Below the pieces are notes generated by a model, which saw only the letters and a program-made list of their open reading frames with translations, was not told the origin of the DNA and did no database searches. A stretch of 63,068 bases of DNA, filler included, from Guillardia theta CCMP2712 (taxonomy: Eukaryota > Protista > Cryptophyta), in NCBI RefSeq assembly GCF_000315625.1. It is 6 parts of 6 records of this genome, joined end to end, with 100 filler letters (N's around TTAATTAATTAA, not from the genome) between each part and the next. Parts side by side here need not be neighbours in the genome. Positions count along the whole stretch, not along the records: positions 1 to 27,088 come from NW_005434441.1; 5 more parts are not named here. The stretch is one strand, 5' to 3'. The position numbers and the translations under genes are program-made. Numbering within the stretch: the first letter of the stretch is position 1; each line of letters opens with the position of its first letter. Positions 11,241 to 24,488 of this stretch are shown here, in pieces.

Positions 11241-13222
11241 ATGAATCTTTGACGGTTACACTTCTTTCACTTCGTTACATAAATACAGTAAAATACGAAA
11301 ACCTCTCTTTTCGAAACCCATTCGGACCCCTACCCCTCTTTTTTCAGGATTGAATTGTATTTTTGAGGTCGGTGGTATTTGTACCCCTCCTTCCTACCAC
11401 TTTCCACCCCTGTTGCTCCTATCGTTGCACGCGTATCATCAGTTTCGATAGTTGGAGTTAGAGTACCCCTGAAAAATACATGAAATTGAATATCACCCGT
11501 CCCAATGAGTCCAATTTCACCCGTACTTGTCGTAATATTTGTACCCCTACCCCTCAATGATCCTGATGGATCTGCTATAGTCCCCGGCTGGGGTAGTTTA
11601 TGAAAGAGGTGGGGTGCATTTAAAGAAGGGGTAGGGGTTTGAAATACACCGGTACCAAAAGGGTGGAGACCAGGACAGCAAATGTGAGGAGAAATCACAG
11701 GCAAAATGAAGGGTACTGACAGTACATAGTAGGGGTTCTGACATAACTCCTTTTCTGAAACAGCTAAAAGGTAGGGGTACTTCTGTTTTTGAGTGGAAGG
11801 GGGTACATCCAATGATCGATTTTCGAGTAGGGTAGGGTAAGTCCTGAAGCTGGAATCAGGGTTGGGGATGGTGTGGGGGTACAGTAGTGGGGTTTGGGGG
11901 GAGGGTACAAATGAGGGTGGGTCGCTATGATTCCCCAGATCCGGGGGGTAGGGTCAGAGGGGTAGTGGGGGTTGGAACTTCATGTGCAGGAAATGCTTTA
12001 CGCAAGCAGGAAACAATGAAAGAGGGACGATGGAGGAGCGCGGGGAGGGAGAGGATGGGAGGAGAAAGGAGGGAAGGACCAAGGCAGGCAAGTCAGAGGA
12101 GTAGCAGAGCAGGGATGAGTACGGAATGGATGAGGGTAAGGTAGAGCAGTGCGCAGCAGGAGCTATCTGTTTTTTTGCAGACCCCTTGTGCCGAGAGGGT
12201 CAGAGCCATTGTGATCACGGAAGGAGATGAAAAATCAGTAGAAGAGCCAGAGATGGGTGAAATCATAAGAAGAATAGTAGCATGGACGAAAGGCAGCGAG
12301 ATAGGAGAAGGATCGGAGAATGCATACCTCAAAAAAGATCGACATTTCTTGCTCGGCATTGGCTCCAAGGTTCAGACTGAGCGAAGAAACCAGAACAATA
12401 ATGACATGGCATGCAATGAATTCAAGTTTCTGTCGAAATCTTGGCCTTGTTGTTGACGTTTCGCCGCAGTTTAAGCCTTTTGAGCTGGAGGACCGTTGAT
12501 CTCTGTGAAGCTGGAAGAGCTATACCAAGCAGAGGTACAAGATGTCGATGAAGTTCCAACGATGATCTACGACATGTCGATGTAGATAAGATTCTGTGTT
12601 TGAGTTGTATCGATCCATGTATCACAAGACACTGCAAACTCACTTTTTGGGGTGGAGCAGTTCGGTGACCTTTCGAACTTTCCCAGGACTGGGATTGCGT
12701 GAGAGCCGGTAGAAGGTCCCGTGAAACTTTTGCAACATGAAAGACGAATCGGCGGGTCCGGAATGGTTCCTCTCCTACTCGGACAAGGTGAGGCCTCTCG
12801 GAGGATAAGAAGAGGAGGATGCTGATGTGACAATGACGCGATCTATCTCAGGTGAACATCGCCGCCTGGAGAGGTAGCTTGCAGCTGCTGTCTTTCTCCC
12901 GTCTTGTTGTTTCTGATTGTAACCAGGGCCTGACTGCAACAAGAGACGAAACAAGACCATCACGACAATGTGATGCTTGGATCCTTTCCCTCCCCCTTGT
13001 TGACAACTATCGCTGACCTCCACTCTTCGTCCTGTCTGACTACTCCTGTTCATGCCCTCCTTCACCTTTCCTCCCCCCCTCCCCCACCCCCAACTCACTC
13101 ACTCACTCACTCACTCACTCTCCTCGTCGCCCTCCGCTCTTGTTCCTCTGCTTCCTTCTTCTCTCCTCCTGTCATTGTATGCACTTGATCTGGCTCACCT
13201 TGTGACACCTTGCTCCAACAGT

Positions 13223-16029
13223 GTCTTGAGTCCTTTCTGGGACTGGGTTGCTTCCTTGGTTCCAAGAACTGTCGCTCCGAATATTCTCACCCTTGCCGGG
13301 TTTACGTGCACCCTGCAGGTTCAAGTCTCACCCCTGATCTTCTCCTCCCTCCCTCCTCCCTCCCTCCTCCCTCCCTCCATTCTTGTACCTTCCTCCCCTC
13401 CCTCTCCTCCCTCCCTCCATTCCCTCCCTCGCTCCACTCCCTCATTTCTACCTACCTACCTACCTTTTGAATCGCTGATTAACCCACTCTGTCCCCCACA
13501 CCCACTCATTCCCTTCCCGCTCGATACCTTGCTCCCCCCCTACCCCACCTCCTCCTCTCCTCCCCCGCAATACTCACAGATCACTCTCAGGCGTACTACC
13601 TCGTCTACTTCCACATGGACCAGAACCCACAGATCGTGAGCTTCACCGCCATGATGCTGATCTTCGCCTATATGACCCTCAACTCCATCGACGGGATCCA
13701 CGCGCGGAGAGTGAGGAACGTGTCTCCAGTCGGAGACCTCTTCCGAAAGTCCTGCGACAACATCGGCTGTGTCTTCCTCACCCTTACCCTCCTCAGTGTG
13801 CTCGGCATCACTGAGGGAGCGACAGCATGGTACATCGTGCAAACAACACAGATGTTCTTCATGATCGAGCAGATGCGAGCATGGATGCAACCCTCTGGCG
13901 AGCTGATCCATGGCATCTTCTCGGGCCCCGGGGAGGCTCTCGCGCTGCTCATGGCGATCCTGGGGGTACGCGCGACCTTCGGGCTGAGCTGGATCTACAA
14001 GACGTATGTGCACGTGATGAATTCCTATATCATCCCCTATGTTGTCAACTACTTCGTCCACACCCGCGTCTGGGACGAGGGGGACCCCGACGCTATCGGC
14101 CGGGACACAGTCAAGTGGTTCTACTACCTGATAGCTGGGATCGTGGTGATGACGGCTCTTGCGCTGGGGAAGGAGAGATCCCGCTTTTCCTTGCTGATCT
14201 GCATCTGCTACCGGCTCATCCCCGCCGTCTTCATCTGGATCTCAGGCTCCTCCTTCTCCTCCTCCTACACTGACCTCAAGTCCGTGATCTGCGATGGACT
14301 CTTCCTCTCGGTCTTGACTACCGACATTGTTGTTGCCAAGGTGAGCTATCTTGCCTCTGCTCCTCTGCATGTCCTCCCTCCTCCCTCGCTATCCCCTCTC
14401 CCAACTCCTTTCTCTCTCCCCCTCCCTTCCCCTCCTCGCTTCCTCTCTCTTCCTCTCTCGTTCCCTACGTGTCTCACTGTGCTTGTCAGCGAGCGAGACG
14501 AAGGATCCACCCTTGGGTGATACTGATGTGCATGGCATCGATCTTCAACTACTTCATCAGCCTCGGCCTCGTCATGTTCTACTACGTTACCATGTTAGCC
14601 TCACTTCCTGCTCCCTTCTATCCTATCCTTCCTTGCGTTTCCTTCCCTTCAATTGACTTCGATTCACTTCACACACACCCCTCCCCAATCCTCCCCCTCC
14701 TCCTCTCCTCCTCCTCCTCCTCCTCTCCTTCTCCTTCCTGTGCTGACTTGCTACTAGATTGGCAGAGCTTTCTCTCTACATGAATCTTCCTCTCCTCACT
14801 CTGACCACCAACGTCTACTGCGACGGAGTCTACGACCTCTGTCATAAAGGACACAAGAACCTCTTTCAGGTACTAGCTCACCATCCCGTGTCTTGTCCTG
14901 CTACCATCGCACATCGCTCCTTCCTTCTCTCCTATGTACCTCTCGTGCCTTCTGAAGATGTGGAGTACACCATCTCATCGCCGTTCGCTTCCGCTGCGTT
15001 GCTTGCTCTCTGCCCATCTCTCCTCCCCTTCCTCCCCTTCCGCCCCAATCTTGCTTTTCTCCATCTTCACAACTTTTCCTGCCATTCACGTCCCTCCCCC
15101 CCCCTCTTCCTCGCGCTCCTCTCACCTCACATGCCTCAGGCTGCCCTCACCTTCGGCAACCGGCTGCTTGTCGGCGTGATGTCCGACGAAGATTGCGAGC
15201 AGTACAAGAGGAGGCCCATCATGACGACTGATGAGCGTTGCAAGTGAGATGCTTCCTGCCTCCTCGTTTCATCTTCCTTCCTCCCCTCCCCATCCCCCTC
15301 CCCTTCCTGCTTCTCCCTTTCTTTCCATCATTTTCTTCCTCCTTCAACCCCCGCTCTCCTTCTATCTCCTCCATCCATCCCTCGCTGCAGCTTCTATTTA
15401 TTCCTCACGATCGTGTCCTAGGGAGGTCAACTCCTGCAAAGCTGTCCACAAGGCTATCCCCCTCCCCCACGACTACAGGTGGGCTAGCGAGCTCTGCCGG
15501 CTGCGTCAGTTAAGCTGACCGCTGCCAACAGCAAGACAGGGCTGACGCGCGAGTTTATCGAGGAGCACAACATACACATTGTAGCTCATGGGGCAGAATA
15601 CAACCTCGACAACGAGGCCTATGCCAAGAAGATTGCTGAAGGAGCTTGCATCGACTACTACAAGGTCCTCTTCCCTCCCTCCATTCTGTCTCCGCCCTCT
15701 TTCCGTCCTGCATTTCTCCTGCCTTCTGCCTCCTGCTGTTCTCCTTCTTCCTTCCTCTCTCCTGCCCCCTCCCTACCCGCTTCACTCGGCTCGCCCCTCC
15801 CTCTCCCCTCGTCCCTCAACTCCCTTACCCTCACTCCTATCTTCCCCTTTCTCCTCCCCCCTTCCCTCCTCCTCCCTTTCTCCTCCTCCCTGCTTTGCAT
15901 TGGCTGCTCTTGATTCTCGTCTAGGTTCCGCGAGAGATGGGCATCACGAGGACGTTCCCGAGGACGGAAGGAATATCCACCTCCGACCTGATCAAGAGGA
16001 TCGTGAGCCGTGCGGACGAGTTCACATGA
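13223..16029 (+). CDS. Fusion protein: choline/ethanolamine phosphotransferase-like (CDP-alcohol phosphatidyltransferase) domain plus C-terminal HxGH cytidylyltransferase; multi-exon, 5' exons probably extend to about 12250
   Basis: PFWDWVASLVPRTVAPNILTLAGF and DGIHARR...G...D are CEPT-like. VYCDGVYDLCHKGH, LLVGVMSDEDCEQYKRRPIMTTDER and RTEGISTSDLIKRI are CCT/ECT motifs. GT-AG introns link the exons; stop TGA at 16027-16029. Confidence 0.85.
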
Positions 16030-17749
16030 GGAGACACACAACCGACGAGCTCGGACTCAATTACAACCAACACAAGGAAAGGATGCAAAGAGGAGGATGA
16101 AGAAAGGAAGCAGGGAGCAACGATAATGGGGGACGGAGGAAGGGGTGAACGGGCTACTTGACACTCTCAGGGTGTGGAGGCGGCAGAGCTTGTCAGTTTC
16201 TTCGTCCAGCTCGAGTGTTTGTGTGTACCATACGTATGCGAAAGGCAAGCAGCAACGAGGAAAGCAACCAATCTTGTATGTACAAGCAGACTCATAATCT
16301 AAAATAAACTTCTTATTCATTGGTCGTGCTCGTCATCCCTAGCCTCGAGCTCCTTCACTTCCCCTCCTTCTTTGCCTCTCCCTCGGAGTCGTAGTTGGGA
16401 TCACGAGGATCGAGAGGGGCGTCCCCTTCATCTTGTCCCTCCACTCCCCAGTTTCCCTTTCCTGCCCATCGCACCCTCCAGTCAGCTCACCTCACATGAG
16501 CATGCACAGCGAGCGGAGGAGGACGCACCTGCTCCGTGCTTCTTCATCTGTTCGTTGTGGGTAGCAGAACCGTATCCTATGGACGCAGTGTGAGAGAGGC
16601 GAGAGGCGAGAAAGGGAGGGAGCGAGAGGCGAAGTGAGGGAAGCGAGAAGAGCAAGAGGAGAGGAGAAGAGCAAGAGGAGAGGAGAAGAGCAAGAGGAGA
16701 GGAGAAGAGCAAGAGGAAGAGAGAGGATCGGATACCTGCATGGCGATCGTGTTTTTCGTCTTGGTTGGGTTTCGTCATCTGTTCAACGGTTAAGGGGACG
16801 ATGGGGTGCAGGCTTTCAAGACAACATAGGTAACGACAACATGGGTTACTTGAAGACAACACAGGCCACGAAGCAACGAACATCACAGCCCCAACGTGCC
16901 TCACACGTTGCATGCACCCTCAGGTTGTTTCTTGGTGTTCTCTTGCTGCCCGATCTTGCCCACCTCCTTTTCTCTTCTATCACAAGGAGAATCCAACAAA
17001 ATGGTTTCTACTGCCTCAGACGCTCTCTCTCGCTCTTGGCCATCCAAAAAAAATGCTGAGCTACACAATCACAATCCATATCGAATTTTAATCAAGGGGA
17101 TCAGATCATAAGTCTTGCAAAGAGCACCTTTACCGTCTAGCCCTCATTCCCTCTCACGGTACCTAGCAATCTGCCTCCTCGCAATGAAAAAGCTCTCATT
17201 TTACATTTCTGATCTCTTACACTCTTGTACTTCACTGTGGTTGTTACATCCTTCTCTCCCTTATCCTCGTTACACATCTCTATCCTCCTCCTCCTTCGCC
17301 TTCACCATGGTGTTCTCCTTCTTCCGCCCCTTCCTCTCCCTCTTCCTCTGCATGCGACCAATATAAAAACGATTCCCAGTTGTATGTTAAAAAATATTGT
17401 ATAGAGAATATCGAAGGTTCTAACGATTTATATATATTCATTATCCTTTATCAGAAATTTTATAGGTAAATATTGCTTGGAAGCTTATGAATGATCAATA
17501 AATCATAATGATTATATATATTGGAGGCCGGGTCTGCGGAGCTGGGGGTCGCATCATTGTAATATTAAAATCATTTTGTTTTCTCTGCCCCAGAAACTAC
17601 CAGCGTTTCGTGTCAAATAACACTTTTTGGTTTTTATTTTCAGGCTCAGATGTTCGAAACCGACTTATAAGTTCTATAATTAGATACACATTCTATTTTC
17701 AGGCACCTGAGTATTTTAAAACTTTCCACCGGTGCTGTCATTCAGTGCC

Positions 17750-18530
17750 TCCGGCCGGGCCCTGGAGCCTCCGCCGGTTCCGATTTCCGATCGCCGATCA
17801 CGGACTCTGCCAGACTCAGAGTCACTGTGTCACTCAGACGGTCGGACCGTCCGACTCGCCGACGGACCGGCGATCGCTGAACTCCGGGACAGCCGCCCGG
17901 GGACTCAGCCCGGACGCGTTCAACACTGTTGCCGCACCGTTGCACTGCCGCAGCCCCGGGCCCGGGCCGGTGGCACTCAGTGGTGCCCGGCGCCAGTCCG
18001 ACCTGTGACCGCACCGGCGGTGACGGTCCGGACGCTCCCACAGTCACCGTGCCAGGCCGCCGCACCGTCACGCCGCACGGTGGCCTTACTGCTGGCCGCT
18101 GCGGATCGCTCCCAGGCTCCGAGGCTCAGGCTGGCAGCGCTCGGCCCGCTTGTCGCCGGGCGCTCGGCCCCGCCCGGCCGGGGCCGCCGCGCGCCGCGGG
18201 CCCGCGGCCGCGACGGACGGTCACAACTGACCGTGGCAGTCACGTGAGCGGCCGGGCCGCGGCGCCGCGGCAGTGCGGCTTCCGAGTTCAACTGAGTAGT
18301 AGTAGTAGCCGCTAGGCGGACTGAGCCCTACTAGAACCGTGACACTCAGCCGGCTGCCGTGAGTGCCGCGCCTCGGCCAACCGTCGCGTGTCCGAACTGA
18401 ACGGACTCTTCGGCGCCGGAACTCGGACGGCCGGTCAGGGGCCGCCCGGCCGCTTCGGGCGCCGCCCGCGGCGGGGGCGCGGCGGCGCAGTGGGCAGTCC
18501 GGTACCGTCCGCGGCGGGCCGATCACTAGG
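17750..18530. other. GC-rich intergenic island
   Basis: Same composition as the other islands. Preceded by an AT-rich tract (17370-17730) and followed further on by a GGGTA-rich zone (19630-20390). Confidence 0.5.
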
Positions 18531-20900
18531 CTACTCTATCTTGCTTCACATCAATTCTTCAAAAACATTCGCATCGCTTGGCAAGTTGTGGCAGACTCGA
18601 CTCTTTTTCAAAAACTCCATAGCCTCGATGTGACCCGGCGCAATGCAACATGAAACTCTGTTTATTTCAAACATTTTTCCTTTGTGAGACTGCCAAAATG
18701 ACATTCGCATCAAATGTCAGTTTATGAGTAAGAGAGTAAGTTTGCAAGAGTGTAGCTTGCAAAGACATCTTCGTGTCCACGCTTTTCACTCGTGCGTTCT
18801 GGTTCCTGGTCTCATTGGGCCTAATTGGAGACCATAATCGTTCTCATCAGCAGCTAGATGGATGGTCATGACAGAGAGTTTTTGATGTTTCTCATAGCGT
18901 TGTGTATGAAGGATTTTTCTCGACTCACGATTTCTCTGGAATAAGATGTAATCAAGTTTTGAATGAACTCAGTGTTGTATCCATGAGGATCCGGAACCAC
19001 GGATACTCGTCGGATACTCTGCCGGATATTCCCTATATAGGCGGACGCATCTCGTGCGGACGGCCTCCTGAATTTCCCCCACTTGCATGCACAGTGAGTG
19101 TGGTGGTTGTGCGTAGTTTACCTCCCAGTAAACTTAGAGACTTCTATTTCCTGCTTCCCAATCTTCTTCATCCTTACTTTACTCGTGTCGTTGACAATCT
19201 CTGTGTTGTGTATACAACACTCAGTCTCACAGTCTGTCTCATATCACAGTCTATATGATGTCTGACATCACAGTCTGTATGAAGTGTGACATCACAGTCT
19301 GTATGATCTTACAGTCTGCATGACTTCTGCCCTCCTCCTTTCCTCCTGCCCCACCTCAGCTGAGCCTGCAAGGGGTAATCTTGAAGCCTGGTCAAGTGTC
19401 CGACTCTTCGAAGAGGTCAAGGGTCATGAATAGATAAGATATTCGTTTTATCCTGTCTGAAATAATTGCATTTCGCTCTGATGTAGTTCTAAATTGCCGA
19501 TAAACCTACATTTCAATATCCAGTCATTTTTAAAATAATGTTTTAATACCAAACGCTGTGAGTTTTCACTGTCTCTTTGAAAGTGCTGACATGCTCAGTC
19601 ATCAAAGTGATTTCCCCAAAATACCTTTCGAAATCACCCCACCCCTTCAGAAATAATCTGTATCCGCATATACCCACCCGTACTGTCGGCTACGGATGCA
19701 TTACTACGACTGTATACCCCCACCCCCTCAAGTTTCCTGGTTTCATCACCCCTGTACCCCATCCTCCGACTCCAATCTCCGGACCTTTCGGTGTGTAAAC
19801 AATCACTAGGGTGGGGTAATATGTACACCCTTATTTTATCAGGATTTTATTTCATAATAAGGGGTGGGTGATTGGTTTGTATCCTTTTTGGGGGGTAGGG
19901 TCACTATCGCGCTCAAAAACCTGTTTGAACCGCCTAGGGAAGTCACCAAGACTGGGTGGGGGTGAGGGGTTGAACAAGGGAAAATGGGGGGTAGGGGTGT
20001 AACGTGTAAGGGTAGGCATGGAATGCTTCATTCCAAAAGCAACCGATTCGCAGGTGGGGGTTCCTTTCAGAGGGGTGATAACCACATGGGGGTGGGGTAG
20101 TGAAAGGAGCAAACACGCTGATCAGGGGTAATAGAAAGAAAGGGTTGGTCTGGGACACCCCATAGAGCTTTAGATGGCCTTATGGACCGGTCAAAATAAA
20201 TGGAATAGTACGATTATTTGGAGGTAGGGTATTCAAATGAAGGGGTCAATGTAGTCATGTACCCCTGGTCGAACAGCGAATTTGGAAAATGTTGCAAAGG
20301 GTGGGGGCGAGGGGTGAAAAGGTCCGCGAAGAGTACGTGGGGTACTTTTGTAGGGGGTAGGGGTAGACACGTTCTGGGCAGGGGTAGGCACAAAAAGTTT
20401 CGGATCAGTTGTCAGCGCCCGGCATGTCCTGGGAGTGGAGAGGGAACATGGCGGGAGCTGGAGAGGGCGGGCGGGCGGGTTGACGGGCTGGTCATGCTGG
20501 GGCAGGGGGTGATTGGGGAGCTGACAGACAGAGAGGAAGGGATCGACTCGGTGGAGAGTCTAGTGATACGTAGGTAGAGCTGAACAACTTTAGGCTAGGT
20601 AAGAAATCTTGTGTACTTCGACAAGAGGACGTGGATATTGGACATAGGTGGAGCAGTGGTAGAGTTTTTGAAATCGTGAGAAGGAGAGCAGGATAAAAAT
20701 GCGGGGAAAGTTGGAGGTAGTGGAAAGGGAGGGGGGGGGTCGGAAGAACAGTAGTGTGTAAATACACCATGGAGAAACTGGAAATAGGGAGGCCATAGCC
20801 GGAGGGATTTGGTTCCAGCTCAATCTGAAGAAGCAGACTAGTCGATGACCTGCTAGTTTCTGACTCGGTTCTCGCAGGGAAGGGTTAGACTTCGTGAACG

Positions 20901-23900
20901 ATGTCTACGCTTGTGGACAGTTCCGGTGCCAAGGGTTTTCAGAAGGCCCCTTACAGGCAGAGGAGGAAAAGCAAGACATCCCTGACGGTCAATGTCAGCT
21001 GCTCCTGCCTTGCAAATGTCCATCCCGATGCGATGAAAATGCCGACGAATGTCAGGACGCCAGAGCCCATCCCCGAGTGGTCGGTGCGGGCCAAGGCAAG
21101 ATGGAGGAAGGCGATCTGGTATGTGACGCAGGAGGCGAAGAAGAAGCGAGCTCTCCGCTCCTCTATCCTGAAGCGATCCTTCAAACTCTGTCAGAGCCAG
21201 TCCCCTCCCACTCCTTCCATAGTCTCCGTGTTCCGACGAAGATCCAGCTTCTCTACGAAGTCACCGGCCAAGGGCTACTTCAAGGGAAGGAAGAACTCTG
21301 CAGTACTCCTGCAGAATGTCAAGGAGGCGAAGTCAGGCCAGCTCTTCCTGTCATCAGCGTCGGACATCAGCCCTGCGCATAAGGAGGCGATGGAGGCGTC
21401 AGTGAGCTCGAGCTCCTTCTCCATGAACAGGCTTCGTCACTTCTACATGACCGATGTCTGCGAGGAGATCCCTTCCGTCCTCAACTCGTCCATGTACATC
21501 CTTGCCTGCTGGGGCGCGACATGCTTCGTCACGTTCGTTCCTGACCTCCATCAGTTCTTCTACGCTGGATCGAGCTCATTGCTCACACAGATGGTGCAGT
21601 CGTGCTGGATCCTGTTCGCTTTGGACTTCATCATGAGGTCCCTGTGCCAAGACAAGTTTGTTGGCTCCATGTATTTTATCCTCGACGCGATTTCCATCAT
21701 CTCCCTCCTCCCGGACGTGATCGGCCACGAGCTCTCCGGCTTCCTCCTCTACTTCCCCTTGAGGATCATGGTGCTCGCCCGCAGCTGGCAGACAGCACGG
21801 GCGGGCTCGCACATGGCCTCCTTCCTGGGACTGTACATCGACAGGACGAGGTCAGACTCGTCCTTCCCTCTCAATGTTCTCGGGGTCAGGTGGGAGACTC
21901 AGGACGAGTCCAAGATCGATCACGAGCTTGACAGGAGCATCGTCAAGCGCTGCTGCGCGACTGTCGGCTGCCTTGTCTTGCTCCTGTGCCTGCAGGCCGC
22001 CATGGTCCCACCCATGGAGAAGCGATTGACGCAGGATCTGAGGATGCTGGGGACCTCCTTCTACTATGGCGCGAACGCGAACGTGAAGAACAGGGCCTTC
22101 GCTCCTATCGTCTCCTCCTACCTGCAGGAGTACAGCCGGGCTAACCTGGAAGTGGTGTACCTGGAGCTGGCGGGCGTGAAGGTCTACGGCGACAAGACGC
22201 GCATCGAGAGCCTGAGGATGTATCCAGCCGAGGGCGTGCAGACCTGCCTGGTGGACGAGAAGCTGGGGAAGTGCTGCGTGCATCTGGACCAGCGGGAGCT
22301 CGCGCGCAGCTCGGCTGGCTTCCGGCTGCTGACGGCATTTGTCGTCACCTTTGTCCTGTTCTTCTCCTCCTGGAGCCTTGCTGGGCTGCTCCGCCGGAAG
22401 ATCATCCGCCCTCTCGACAACATCGCGAGCAAGATCCGCAAGATGGTGGATGACCCACTTCAGCCCTTGTCCTGCGATCGGCACACCCAGCCCCAGATGA
22501 AGAAGATCGAGTACGGCCTCTTCAGCCTCGCACGCCTGCTCCAGCTCGGGTTCGGAGAAGCAGGAGCGAGGGTCATCTCAAGGACGCTTGCGAGCGGGAC
22601 CATCTCGGCGCTGGACACGAACAAGCCCGGCTCGATCGTCAACGCCTTCTTCGGCTTCTGCGACATCAGGAACTTCACGTCGCTCACGGAGGTGCTGCAA
22701 GCCGACGTGGTGAAGCTCGTCAACGGGGTGGCGCGGAGGCTCCACGACAGCGTCGTTGAGTTCCATGGGGATCCAAACAAGAACATCGGGGACGCTTTCT
22801 TGGTGAGACACCCTCTCCCTCCTCTGCCCTCTTCTCCTCCTCCTCCTCCTAATCCTCATCCTCATCCTCATCCACCACCTCCTCCACCTCATCAGCATCA
22901 GCATCAGCATCATCACATTCCCCCGCCGCGCTGCAGCATTCCCCGCCTTCCCTGCTTCCCTTCCTCTCCTTCCGCATGGACAGTCCTCCCCTCGGCCTCC
23001 TTGCCGTAGCTGACGCCTTGCTCAGGTGGTGTGGAAGCCCAAGAAGGGGATCGAAACGATCCAGGATGTGGCAGATGCCGCGCTCAAGTCATACATCCAG
23101 TGCATGCTGGAAATTGCAAGGGACACAAAGCTCAACGCGCAAATCAGCCGGCCTGCCGTTCAGGAGCGAATGCCGGGCTTCACAATCAGGATGGGGTTCG
23201 GACTTCACTTTGGGTAAGTCCCTCCGCTCCATCCTCTCTCTTTCTAGACTGCTCTTATTCCTCCTCCTCCTCCTCTCTATCAACATCACCATCTCCGTCA
23301 TCATCATCATCATGAACACCACCACCACCACCACCACCATATTTCTTCTGTAACAACCACACCTTCCTCTTCTTCGATCTCTGACACCCTTTTTCTTGAT
23401 CCTGACCTTCACTCCAGGTGGGCTGTTGAGTGTGTGATTGGCTCCAAACACAAGGTGGATGTGTCTTACCTCAGGTGACAACCTTCAATGCACACCATCC
23501 CCCCTCTTGCCCCCCCTCCTCCTCCTCCTCCTCCTCATCCTCCTCATCCCCATCATCATACTCGTCTCACTCTCCTCCTCCTCCTCCTCCTCCTCCTCCT
23601 CCTCCTTTCCTCAACACGAACGCAAATGCCCTTGTCTGAGCCACAATCTCTTCTTTCACTCGTCTCACTCTCCTCCCCCTCCCTCCCTGTCTCTCACCAT
23701 CGCTGACTCCTCCCTCAGTCCGGACGTCAACATGTCCTCTCGCCTCGAGGCAGCCACCAAGCAGTACGGCGTCTCCATCCTCATGTCCGGCGACGTCGTC
23801 GGCCTCCTCTCTACCGACGCTCAGCGTCTCTGCCGCCGCGTCGACCGCGTGACCGTCAAGGGGAGCAAGTCGCCCATCGATCTCTACACCTTCGATGAGC

Positions 23901-24229
23901 CGACGCTGGTCAGTCAGGGAGGGACCGTCCCCGACGACGTCGACTTCTCCTCCATCCGCTCCAACCAGAGCTTCTTCTCCGTTGTCCGCCCTCGAACGAC
24001 CTCCGAGTTCCGCAAGGAGTTCGAGCAGGCGATCTCCCTTTACCTCGGCGGCATCGACGGCTCGCTGGCGGACTGGGAGGAGGCGCAGGTCAGGCTGGAT
24101 CGTTGCCTTGAGATGGAGCCCTTCGACGGTCCCACACGAGCCATCAAGACTTACATAGAGGAGGCGTCGGTGATTCCGAAGGAGATGAGGAAGAGGTGGA
24201 AGGGGTACAGGGCCTTAGAGGAGAAGTGA
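20901..24229 (+). CDS. Class III adenylyl cyclase with N-terminal ion-channel/voltage-sensor-like transmembrane domain (4 exons)
   Basis: Catalytic motifs GFCDIRNFT, NKNIGDAFL, MGFGLHFG, KVDVSYLSPDVNMSSRLEAATKQYG; the K and D residues indicate ATP specificity. TM segments FALDFIMRSL and YFILDAISIISLLPD. Approximate exons 20901-22802, 23026-23213, 23418-23474, 23719-24229. Confidence 0.9.
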
Positions 24230-24488
24230 TTGTACAGTACTTGTAGTTAAACTCTCATGAAGATAATTTTACATCCTCCTCTACCTCCCTCTCCCCTGCA
24301 CATGCTACATTCACTCTCCCTCCCTCCTCCCTTCTCTGTCTCCTTCCCACCCTTCTTCCTCCGCTTGCTCCCCTCTGAGATCGCACCCTGCATTCCCGCC
24401 ATCTTAATCTGCTCCTCCTCCTCCTCCTCCTCCTCCTCCTCTTTCTGATTCCGTCCTCTCTCCCCTCCTCTCTCCCCCTGCCTCCGTA

